DNA of 24,375 bases from a virus. Its lineage: Duplodnaviria > Heunggongvirae > Uroviricota > Caudoviricetes. The DNA lies in IMG/VR virus record IMGVR_UViG_3300039008_000325, positions 113,372 to 137,746 of that record; one strand, written 5' to 3'. Below, one piece after another: positions 16,381 through 24,150 of this stretch. Position numbers and translations under genes: made by a program. Within the stretch, counting starts at the first letter, position 1. Each line of letters opens with the position of its first letter. The notes beneath the pieces are model-generated. The model was not told where the DNA came from and searched no databases. It saw only the letters and a list, made by a program, of their open reading frames with translations.

Positions 16381-17406
16381 CTATTTTTTATATTTCCATT
16401 GAGCAGCAGCTTTACAAACTTCTTTCTTAAAATGTTTCTCATCCATTCCCTGTTCAGTATACTTATCTAAAAATACTCTCTCCTCTATTTGAATATCTTC
16501 GATTAGTTCATTACTAAACTTTTTAAAATCATCTTGATCAAATTGCTCTAATCTAGAATTAGTTACAAATTCATTAGCTGCTTCTATAGCTAGTTTAATT
16601 GAATGCTCTGTATGAGGATCAATTGGTTTTGGTTCACGTTTTTCAGTTTTTTCATGCTCTTCACCTTTTATCTTACATTGATAAAGTACATCGTCACATT
16701 TATATGAAAGAACAAAACCTTCCATAATATTATCTTCAATACCAAAATATTTACCAATGAATGAAGCTTTTTCATTTCTTTCTAGTAAACCTTCAATAGC
16801 TTCAATATAAAATGGTAAACTTCCTAGTTTAATTTCTTGATTGACACTACAACTATCCATATCAACTAATCTAAATACATTTCTATCTAAACCATGATAT
16901 GTATTAGGATGAACATATGCTTTAATTTCTCTAGGATGTTTTTCAGCATCTTCTTTTTCCATATCTTTTATATCTTCTAGATATTTCTTATAATCAGCTG
17001 TGTTAACAACATAGAAGTATGGAAACATAATCATTCTTTTATCTAGACCAGTTACACAAGTCTTTTGTGCAATTTTTCCACCACATAATTCAAAATATAC
17101 AACTATTGAATGTGTTTCGAAATCAATGTTATTCATAACAGCTAGATAATCAAGATAATCTTTAAACATTGTACGTCTATCTTCTACAAATCGAGTACAA
17201 CCATGACTATCTTCTTTACCTAAACCTAACACTCTATTTCTAGATTGAACCCATAATCCATCTTGATTATTAAATCCAACACCTGCATTAGTTCCATGAA
17301 TTTTCTCACTAACATTTAATAGTATTTTTGTATCTTTACCTTCTACATTTTCCCAATTATATAGAAAATTTCTTTTATGTGGTATCTTTGAATATTTTAC
17401 AAACAT
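16381..17406 (-). CDS. rnl2: RNA ligase, Rnl2 family (341 aa)
   Basis: Nucleotidyltransferase motifs: I EKIHGTN, Ia VQSRNR, III VYFELCGGKIAQK, IV EGFVL, V KIK. Confidence 0.8.
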   Translation of the reverse strand: MFVKYSKIPHKRNFLYNWENVEGKDTKILLNVSEKIHGTNAGVGFNNQDGLWVQSRNRVLGLGKEDSHGCTRFVEDRRTMFKDYLDYLAVMNNIDFETHSIVVYFELCGGKIAQKTCVTGLDKRMIMFPYFYVVNTADYKKYLEDIKDMEKEDAEKHPREIKAYVHPNTYHGLDRNVFRLVDMDSCSVNQEIKLGSLPFYIEAIEGLLERNEKASFIGKYFGIEDNIMEGFVLSYKCDDVLYQCKIKGEEHEKTEKREPKPIDPHTEHSIKLAIEAANEFVTNSRLEQFDQDDFKKFSNELIEDIQIEERVFLDKYTEQGMDEKHFKKEVCKAAAQWKYKK

Positions 17407-17439
17407 TTCTCTCTCCTCTATTTGTATCTTCTTTAATTT

Positions 17440-17469
17440 ATTATTAAATATTAAGTTAGTGGAATCAAC
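17440..17469 (-). promoter_or_regulatory. Probable early promoter GTTGATT-N17-AATAAT upstream of the RNA ligase
   Basis: Same GTTGATTCC -35 as at 23762-23770, but an imperfect -10 (AATAAT). Confidence 0.45.
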
Positions 17470-17475
17470 TATTAA

Positions 17476-20079
17476 TTAAAATAAATCATCAAAACCATAT
17501 CTAATAACAGTATCCCAACCTAACTCATCTATTAACACATGAACTACATCTAAAAATGCCTTTTGGAATAACATTTCCCAATCAATATATGGAACAAGTT
17601 CTTCAGGTAATTTATCATCAAATGCAATTACAACCTGTTGACCAAATAACGGATTTATTGGTTTCAAATAACAAATATGATATTTTCCATTTTCTGAGAT
17701 TGGATTCATATCAACATTATTCATTCTAATATAATTATTAAAATTAATTGCACCTCTACTATTAAATGGAGTACCTTTCATGCCCTGCATATTATTACCT
17801 TTCCATTCAGTATATTTTGTAATATTATTAATAGAAACAGTTTTACATACATCTTGATAATCAAGTTTCATAAATTTTTCTTTACTCTTTTTAATATGTT
17901 CAATCAAAGCAGGATTATCTTTATATAGTAATATATTAATAACCTCTTTTAGATCATCTCTCAATGCATTTGGTGTTGATGAAGATTTAATTGCTAATCC
18001 AACAATTTTAATTTTTGGTTTTGTATACCTAACACCTTCATCATCAATTACAGATAAAGCATAACGTTTTTTCTTTAAATAGAAAACTCCTTTATTTGCA
18101 ATAACTTCTCTCTTCATAACCATATGATTTTCAAAATGTTTCATACGATTAAATATTTCATCATACCATTCAACAATTTTACCTTCTATTTCATTAATAA
18201 TAGTATCTTGTAATGTATCAGCATCACTAATTCCATATTTTTCACAATAAGGTCCTAAGTTAATATAGTTAGAATCTGTATCCATTAATATAACATAATC
18301 AATATCTTCAGTTTCTAATTTATTATTAAGTAGTTCATTTACATTATTTTCAACTAATCTATTCATAAGTTGACCGGTTGATGTAATTGATTCACCAATT
18401 CTTAAATCAAAATATCTAAAGAATCTACTTCCAAAAGCTCCATATAAACTGTTCATAAGAATTTTCAAAGCCATTTGAGTATTATTTAATCTAGAAATCT
18501 CATATTCAGATGTTTGAATATCATTACTATCAGCATTATCTTTCTTTAAATTTACTAGATTTTGTTCTTCAGCTAACATTTCATTCTTAGCTTTACGTCT
18601 ATTATTATAAATATCACCAATTACTTTTGGTATGAAGCCAATCTTTGTATTATCAAAATATATTCCTTTAGGACTTACTCCATGTGGAATATTAGAAAGA
18701 TCTGTTTTATCATGAATTAGATTTTGTATATTTTGTTCAACATCACTATATCTAAATTCTTCAAATACATCATCCTTAATTGTTTCAGGACTCATATTAA
18801 GTTGTCTCATAATATTTGGATATAATGAATTTAAATCGAAACTTGCAATCCAATCATATACACCAGGTTCCTTAGGTTGTTTAACGTAAGCACCCATATA
18901 ATGTTGCTTTTCATGTTTTAACCTTTGAGGTATAATAATTTGCTTTTCTTTCAATAAGTTAAATAGATAGGTATCCCAAGTTCTTACTGGAAAGAAAGTG
19001 TCTGCAAAATTACAACCTGTCATATAAGTAAGTGTAGTTATTAAAGATAATAAGTTTAATTTATTATCTAATTCAACTAATAATTCAACATCTCGAATAT
19101 TATATTCTGTATATTTATCAAAATGATCTTTCCAGATTCCTTTGAAACCACCATATGGTTCAATATCAATCTTTTTAGCACCTAATTCTAAATTACATAT
19201 ATTATCTAACTTATAGTTATCTCTCATAACATAAGTATGTTTCTTATACACTTCCATATAATCTAAATGAGGTATACCTATAATATCATATGTAGTTTCT
19301 TCTCTACCAAATGCATTATTAATTTTCTTCTCTTTAATAACTTTAAAAGGTGACAATTTATTCATATCATATTGAGATAATATTTTTTCACCTCTTTTAA
19401 TAATATAAGGAATATCGAAGAATTGTGAGTTCCAACCAGTAATACAATCTGGTTTTTCTCTACTAAACACTCTAATAAATTCTCTTAAAAGCTCTGCTTC
19501 ATCATTACAATGAATAAAATTATAACCTTCTTTAGAATAACCTGAATTACCTAATTCTATAGTATAAGCATTACTTTTCTTATTAATAATATCTTTAAAT
19601 ATAACAGTAATTACTTTAATTTTTTCATCATAATCTTGTATTCTACTATTAGCATGAACTTCCGTTTCAATATCGAAAAATGCTACTTTAAAGTTTTTAC
19701 ATTCTCTTTGTTGAAAATACTTGTTAATAAATTTTTTATCAAAAGAAATATCACCAAAAAAGTCATAATTTGGTATTGCATTTTTTATGAAATTTGTTTT
19801 TTCAAAAGGTATTTTTAATCTTCTTAATTCAACACCTTTAATATCTTTATATATGTTTTCATCATTTTGAATATTAAAACGATTATTTTGTAATGACATT
19901 TCTGTTTCAATAGTTTGATAAATATGATTAAAATCTTCTACTTTTACGAATAAATCATTAAATAAATATTCACCATCTCTATTCGAGAAAGTTTGATATT
20001 TTTTAATACCGTCTTTGTAATAGCTACATAAAATTTTATCAAAATTTTGATCTACAGATATATATTGTTTATTTTCCAT
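17476..20079 (-). CDS. 43: Family-B DNA polymerase with 3'-5' exonuclease, T4 gp43-like (867 aa)
   Basis: ExoI FDIETE, ExoII TGWNSQFFDIPYI, ExoIII YNIRDV, pol A SFDLNSLYPNI, pol B KILMNSLYGAFG, pol C MDTDS, then KKRYAL and K.KIVGL. No intron or intein. Confidence 0.97.
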   Translation of the reverse strand: MENKQYISVDQNFDKILCSYYKDGIKKYQTFSNRDGEYLFNDLFVKVEDFNHIYQTIETEMSLQNNRFNIQNDENIYKDIKGVELRRLKIPFEKTNFIKNAIPNYDFFGDISFDKKFINKYFQQRECKNFKVAFFDIETEVHANSRIQDYDEKIKVITVIFKDIINKKSNAYTIELGNSGYSKEGYNFIHCNDEAELLREFIRVFSREKPDCITGWNSQFFDIPYIIKRGEKILSQYDMNKLSPFKVIKEKKINNAFGREETTYDIIGIPHLDYMEVYKKHTYVMRDNYKLDNICNLELGAKKIDIEPYGGFKGIWKDHFDKYTEYNIRDVELLVELDNKLNLLSLITTLTYMTGCNFADTFFPVRTWDTYLFNLLKEKQIIIPQRLKHEKQHYMGAYVKQPKEPGVYDWIASFDLNSLYPNIMRQLNMSPETIKDDVFEEFRYSDVEQNIQNLIHDKTDLSNIPHGVSPKGIYFDNTKIGFIPKVIGDIYNNRRKAKNEMLAEEQNLVNLKKDNADSNDIQTSEYEISRLNNTQMALKILMNSLYGAFGSRFFRYFDLRIGESITSTGQLMNRLVENNVNELLNNKLETEDIDYVILMDTDSNYINLGPYCEKYGISDADTLQDTIINEIEGKIVEWYDEIFNRMKHFENHMVMKREVIANKGVFYLKKKRYALSVIDDEGVRYTKPKIKIVGLAIKSSSTPNALRDDLKEVINILLYKDNPALIEHIKKSKEKFMKLDYQDVCKTVSINNITKYTEWKGNNMQGMKGTPFNSRGAINFNNYIRMNNVDMNPISENGKYHICYLKPINPLFGQQVVIAFDDKLPEELVPYIDWEMLFQKAFLDVVHVLIDELGWDTVIRYGFDDLF

Positions 20080-20103
20080 TAAACTCTCCTCTAATTATAT
20101 GTG

Positions 20104-20112
20104 ATTATATCA
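20104..20112 (-). promoter_or_regulatory. Extended -10 promoter (TGATATAAT) upstream of the polymerase
   Basis: TGnTATAAT about 25 nt upstream of the ATG, followed by an AGAGGAGAG RBS. No clear -35. Confidence 0.5.
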
Positions 20113-20150
20113 TATATGAAATTAAAATTAAACTGAACATTATTAGATAA

Positions 20151-20191
20151 AGAAAGACTCACTCTTAAGTTAATATTAAGTGAGTCTTTCT
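20151..20191 (-). terminator. Strong hairpin, probable intrinsic terminator for - strand transcripts
   Basis: AGAAAGACTCAC (20151-20162) pairs perfectly with GTGAGTCTTTCT (20180-20191), plus an inner TTAA/TTAA stem. On the - strand it runs into a U-rich tract (TCTTTCTTTAT). Confidence 0.7.
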
Positions 20192-20321
20192 GAAAGGAGG
20201 TAATCAATATTGACATATTAACTAGTCTTATAATATTGACTAAACTATAAAAAATAATAAAATAATAACTTATTTAACTACTTTTACATCTAATAATAAA
20301 ATACTTAAATTAATAATTCAA

Positions 20322-20909
20322 CTATATATTATTAACTTCTTCAATTATGTTACTAACAACCATTGGAGAATATTTACCTGAAGTCTTTATCATAACATCT
20401 GATATAGTTATTCCAGGATTTTCTTTAACTAATTCATAGATAGGTCTTAATGAATTAATCATATTTCTTAAACCATTTTCTTCAATATATTTAAATGGGT
20501 CATTGAACTCTTCATTAACATATTTATTCCAAACTAAAGAAAGTGTCTGTTTAGTTATTTCATTATATTTAACCATTTCTAATAATTTATTATATAATGA
20601 TATACCTAATCCAGATCTACCAGCAACCACAACAAGTTCTTCTTTAGGTTCTGGATAAGCTAATTCACCTGTTTCTGCAAAGTGTTGTAATAAAGGTAAT
20701 AACTCTTTAACCTCTTTTTGAGATAGATGCATTCTAGCATTAATAGAAGAATTCTTCTTATCATTTATATCTACCATATGTGGACCAGTATTATCAATAC
20801 CAAACCAAATATTATCTTGACAAGCTGAAGATGATTTTTGTATTGAACATTTTTGTCCATATATATCTTCAAAACTATGTATTGCAAAACCTCTTGGTGT
20901 TTTTTCCAT
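20322..20909 (-). CDS. Conserved phage hypothetical protein (195 aa)
   Basis: T.RGF...F.D.YG..CSIQKSS.A....IWFG...RMHL....V..LLP.L..F..TG.L is a recurrent uncharacterised phage domain, here with a C-terminal extension. Confidence 0.7.
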   Translation of the reverse strand: MEKTPRGFAIHSFEDIYGQKCSIQKSSSACQDNIWFGIDNTGPHMVDINDKKNSSINARMHLSQKEVKELLPLLQHFAETGELAYPEPKEELVVVAGRSGLGISLYNKLLEMVKYNEITKQTLSLVWNKYVNEEFNDPFKYIEENGLRNMINSLRPIYELVKENPGITISDVMIKTSGKYSPMVVSNIIEEVNNI

Positions 20910-20931
20910 ATTTTATCTCCTAATTAACTTT

Positions 20932-20961
20932 ACGTAGTTCCTAAATAAATAGAAACTACAT
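20932..20961 (-). other. Intergenic RNA hairpin (12 bp, two G.U pairs, 6-nt loop)
   Basis: - strand ATGTAGTTTCTA-TTTATT-TAGGAACTACGT. No U-tract follows. Confidence 0.55.
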
Positions 20962-20965
20962 GAAA

Positions 20966-21187
20966 TTAATCTTTTTGCCCAGCAAGTAATGTAGCAACTC
21001 GATTCTTAGCTTCTTGGATTGTCCATACTAAACTTGTATAAGTTGTTGGAAAAGGAGTTGTGCAAACATTACTTTTAACCATAACCCTTTTAGGATCATT
21101 AGGTACCTCTTCTACCATCTCAACTTGATAGTATAAACTTCCGTGAACTAAATAAACTTTTCTTCCCTGTTTAAATGTAATTTTCAT
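20966..21187 (-). CDS. Small SH3-like hypothetical protein (73 aa)
   Basis: FKQGRKVYLV...V.MVEEV...VMVK strand pattern. Fold is an inference. Confidence 0.6.
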   Translation of the reverse strand: MKITFKQGRKVYLVHGSLYYQVEMVEEVPNDPKRVMVKSNVCTTPFPTTYTSLVWTIQEAKNRVATLLAGQKD

Positions 21188-21208
21188 AACGAACTAGTTT
21201 AAAAGTAA

Positions 21209-21517
21209 TTATAATGTCTTTAATATTCTTATATGTTTTAAGTCTTCATTTAATTGATTAACAACTAAATTATTTAATTTATCGACTGCATCTTGTTTCT
21301 TTTTAATCTTTTCATATTCTTCTACAACAGTACTAACTATTTTATCACAGTCTACTTCAACTAATTCACCGTCAATAATACATTCAAAATTATTTATTGT
21401 AATATTATTTGATACAATAATATAATAAGGAGTACCTTCAATACCTTGTTCAACACGAATCTTATTAATATTTTGAATAAGATTATTTATTATCTTTTGC
21501 TCTAATATTTTTTTCAT
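21209..21517 (-). CDS. Hypothetical protein (102 aa)
   Basis: ORF with AAGGA RBS, overlapping the end of the upstream frameshifted gene. Confidence 0.6.
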   Translation of the reverse strand: MKKILEQKIINNLIQNINKIRVEQGIEGTPYYIIVSNNITINNFECIIDGELVEVDCDKIVSTVVEEYEKIKKKQDAVDKLNNLVVNQLNEDLKHIRILKTL

Positions 21518-21955
21518 CTCGATATTCCTTTTCTAATTGCTTTGTTCTTTTTTGTATATATGATGTCATTTCATTCATATTTACTGAACCTAATTTAACT
21601 TTCAATTCACCATATTGTTGTTTAATTCGTCTTAAGTAATCTATATCATTTAAATTATTAATGTGTATAGTTAAATTTTCAACATAAACATATTCAGTTT
21701 CGAAAAAATCTTTAAGTTGTTTTCTATTACGTGAACTACTAAAAACTTCTTTATCTATTACAATTTTCCAACCCGTTAATTGACCATTTTTAAATGATGA
21801 TTATAATAGTTCCAAGTCATACCAAATGGGTCACTCATCTTTGATAATCTTATAATATTATTTTTACTATCTGCTTTCAAGTAATATTTATTACAATGAA
21901 ACCAACTTTTAGTAGCACTAATAGCTTGTTCTTTAGTTACGTAATTAGCTTTCAT
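21483..21955 (-). pseudogene. Third member of the tandem paralogue family, split by one frameshift at about 21788 (pseudogene, sequencing error or programmed -1 shift)
   Basis: ATG 21955 with GGAGG RBS reads to TAA 21776-21778 (59 aa). A -1 shift at CAT TTA AAA restores YYNHHLKNGQLTGWKIV..., which aligns gap-free with YYKYDLRDDVFHGWTIV and YYEHYLEDAMFDGWKII of the neighbours and stays open to TAA 21483-21485. Confidence 0.75.
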
Positions 21956-22391
21956 TTCTAACCTCCGCTACTATATTTTTTGTACGATCAATAATAAATC
22001 TTTTAATATCATTTTGATTTATTCCTGATTTCATCTTAATTTTCAATTTACCTATTTTATGATGATTATCATGTAATAGTTTTAATATTTCAAACGAACT
22101 AGCTTCCACTGTTAATTCAGATACATATACACAATCAGGTTCTAAAAATGACTCAAGACTACGTTCAGCACGTTCTTTATCAAAGTATTCTCGACGCGAT
22201 ACAATAGTCCAACCGTGAAATACATCATCTCTTAAATCATACTTATAATATCTAAAATTTCTATTACAATCTTCATTATAAATACACACTATATTTTCAT
22301 TTTCATCAGCAACTATAGTATAAATATTTACACCTGTCCATTCTGCAACAGCTTTTATAGCATCATGTTTAGAAGTTTTACTTTTTGTCAT
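21945..22391 (-). CDS. Hypothetical protein, tandem paralogue family member (148 aa)
   Basis: Shares GW.I.SR.E.F, VY/FV.E, GKL.I and I..RT..IV.EVRN with 22378..22998 and 21483..21955. Confidence 0.8.
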   Translation of the reverse strand: MTKSKTSKHDAIKAVAEWTGVNIYTIVADENENIVCIYNEDCNRNFRYYKYDLRDDVFHGWTIVSRREYFDKERAERSLESFLEPDCVYVSELTVEASSFEILKLLHDNHHKIGKLKIKMKSGINQNDIKRFIIDRTKNIVAEVRNES

Positions 22392-22998
22392 TTCTAACCT
22401 CCGTTACTATTTGTGCTGTACGAAATTGTATATATTTTTTAATTGCTGATATATTAACATGTTTATTTACAATAATTGTTAATTTACCGAATTTATTTTT
22501 ATATTCATCTACAATATCTAAAATATCCATTGCACTTGGTTTAATAATAACTTCTTCAACAAAGATTTTTTCTGATGATAGTAGCTGTCTAAAGTAGATT
22601 TTAGATCGCATATCATTAAAAGTTTCTTCACGTGAAATAATTTTCCAACCATCAAACATAGCATCTTCTAAATAATGTTCATAATATGAATACCCAAAAG
22701 ATTTAAAATCACTATTTCTCACATGAATTTCTTTTCTATCGTGATCAGAATAAATAATACTATATTCATTATTACCTGACCATCTATCAACAGCTCGTTT
22801 TAATTCCTGCTCAAGACGTTTTCTATGATATTCATATTCCATATTATCAATTTCCTGTTCTACATTATCTTTATATTTTTGATTTATATTTTTAGGAAGA
22901 TCTTTAGTTTCTTCAATTATATCGTCCATGTTGACAGTACTATTATCTTCATCACTATAAAATCTATCATAAATATTACTATACATCATAGTAGCCAT
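22378..22998 (-). CDS. Hypothetical protein, tandem paralogue family member with acidic N-terminal extension (206 aa; start probably ATG 22998)
   Basis: GGAGAGG RBS precedes ATG 22998 rather than the track's 23028 start. The C-terminal ~140 aa are homologous to 21945..22391. Confidence 0.75.
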   Translation of the reverse strand: MATMMYSNIYDRFYSDEDNSTVNMDDIIEETKDLPKNINQKYKDNVEQEIDNMEYEYHRKRLEQELKRAVDRWSGNNEYSIIYSDHDRKEIHVRNSDFKSFGYSYYEHYLEDAMFDGWKIISREETFNDMRSKIYFRQLLSSEKIFVEEVIIKPSAMDILDIVDEYKNKFGKLTIIVNKHVNISAIKKYIQFRTAQIVTEVRNDKK

Positions 22999-23030
22999 TA
23001 ACCTCTCCGTTTCCGATTCTATATTCACCA

Positions 23031-23053
23031 GAATAGTTATTAGATAACTACTC
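23031..23053 (-). other. Intergenic RNA hairpin (10 bp, one G.U pair)
   Basis: - strand GAGTAGTTAT-CTA-ATAACTATTC. Shares the GTAGTT/AACTA stem core with 20932..20961. Confidence 0.5.
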
Positions 23054-23067
23054 CAGAAAATATATTA

Positions 23068-23556
23068 CTATTTTGTTTCATTTTCATTGAAGAAATCTTC
23101 ATCAATTTCAGCAACGATTTCATTGTAATCGCTTGAGATTTCAGTTAGTTCTTCAACTGTAAGTGGATTACCTTTCTTCATTTCATCAGCAATATTCATA
23201 TTACCTACTAATGGAGTAATTTTTGATAAGCAATAGTCGAATACTCTTTTAACATCTCTTTCTGATGCATATTCGATATTCTTTTCATTAACAATTAAGA
23301 AATATTTTCTTGATGTTCCATCTACTTTATTTTTTCTGTAGATTCTAATTTTATCCATAGTAAAGATTTGAGCACCATTACCTTCTGTAAATGTTCTGAA
23401 TAGTTGTTCAGAATTTGCATTCTTTACCATTTTATATATTTTAGTCATAATTGAAGAACCTCTGTTATCTCCAAGACTTCTAAAATATACAGTTAATGAG
23501 TCCCATTTGATTGCAACAACAGCTGCGATAGTAATAAAAGTTAATAATTCAAACAT
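23068..23556 (-). CDS. Membrane-anchored hypothetical protein (162 aa)
   Basis: N-terminal hydrophobic anchor MFELLTFITIAAVVAIKW, AAGGAG RBS. Confidence 0.7.
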   Translation of the reverse strand: MFELLTFITIAAVVAIKWDSLTVYFRSLGDNRGSSIMTKIYKMVKNANSEQLFRTFTEGNGAQIFTMDKIRIYRKNKVDGTSRKYFLIVNEKNIEYASERDVKRVFDYCLSKITPLVGNMNIADEMKKGNPLTVEELTEISSDYNEIVAEIDEDFFNENETK

Positions 23557-23557
23557 G

Positions 23558-23716
23558 TTATTTCTCCTTTTTGTTTGGTATTATAATATATGCAAGCATT
23601 CCAAGAACAATTGCAATTGCTGTATATAGTAGAACTATTTTAATTAACATAAATGCTAATAAACCAATTATACTATATATAGATAGTTTTCGTAAAAATT
23701 TTCTGATTGATTTCAT
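23558..23716 (-). CDS. Small two-TM membrane protein (52 aa), missed by the ORF track
   Basis: MKSIRKFLRKLSIYSIIGLLAFMLIKIVLLYTAIAIVLGMLAYIIIPNKKEK with GGAGGT RBS. First gene after the - strand early promoter. Confidence 0.75.
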   Translation of the reverse strand: MKSIRKFLRKLSIYSIIGLLAFMLIKIVLLYTAIAIVLGMLAYIIIPNKKEK

Positions 23717-23741
23717 TTTAATTTTACCTCCCTATATCCCT

Positions 23742-23770
23742 AGTATATGAAAAAATAAACCGGAATCAAC
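23742..23770 (-). promoter_or_regulatory. Early promoter GTTGATT-N16-TATACT (leftward)
   Basis: - strand GTTGATT ccggtttattttttca TATACT, with A/T tracts upstream. Confidence 0.65.
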
Positions 23771-23800
23771 AACATTTTTTGAAAAAAAGTTCCTTTTTTA

Positions 23801-23830
23801 GTTGATTTAATAGCGGGAATAATTTATAAT
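23801..23830 (+). promoter_or_regulatory. Early promoter GTTGATT-N17-TATAAT (rightward)
   Basis: GTTGATT taatagcgggaataatt TATAAT, back-to-back with the leftward promoter across A/T tracts. Confidence 0.75.
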
Positions 23831-23869
23831 TATATTATATTAAAAGAAACAAATAAAAGGATAATTATT

Positions 23870-24130
23870 ATGACAAACGTAAATAAAAGAATTAGAGAAT
23901 CAATCGATAGTGCTAATATAGAAGAAATTACTGAAGTTAGAATTTCACTTGAAAATGAAAATGGTGTAAGATTACAAGTAACTAAAAGTAGTGAAGTAGA
24001 TCTGTTTTGTGTATCAGTAGCTAAAACAGATAGACAAGGTGTTACTGTAGGTTGGGAAAAGCTTGATGAAAAAGCTGACGAACAAACAGTAATGTTATTT
24101 TTAAAAGCGTTCAAATGTACAATTAACTAA
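23870..24130 (+). CDS. Hypothetical protein (86 aa)
   Basis: AAAAGGA RBS, first ORF after the rightward promoter. Confidence 0.65.
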   Translation: MTNVNKRIRESIDSANIEEITEVRISLENENGVRLQVTKSSEVDLFCVSVAKTDRQGVTVGWEKLDEKADEQTVMLFLKAFKCTIN

Positions 24131-24150
24131 TAAAATAAGGATAAAATAAA

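Noticed and set aside
18274-18295. Polymerase motif C reads ILMDTDS rather than YGDTDS
   Set aside because: The catalytic DTDS is intact and the preceding residues vary among gp43-like enzymes. No evidence for altered chemistry or modified-base use.
20210-20234. TTGACA...TATAAT on the + strand
   Set aside because: The spacer is only 13 nt, too short for a sigma70 promoter.
15294-24114. Opposite-strand ORFs 15294..15521, 19636..19818, 22385..22597 and 23830..24114
   Set aside because: Each overlaps a better-supported gene on the other strand, lacks an SD and has shadow-type composition.
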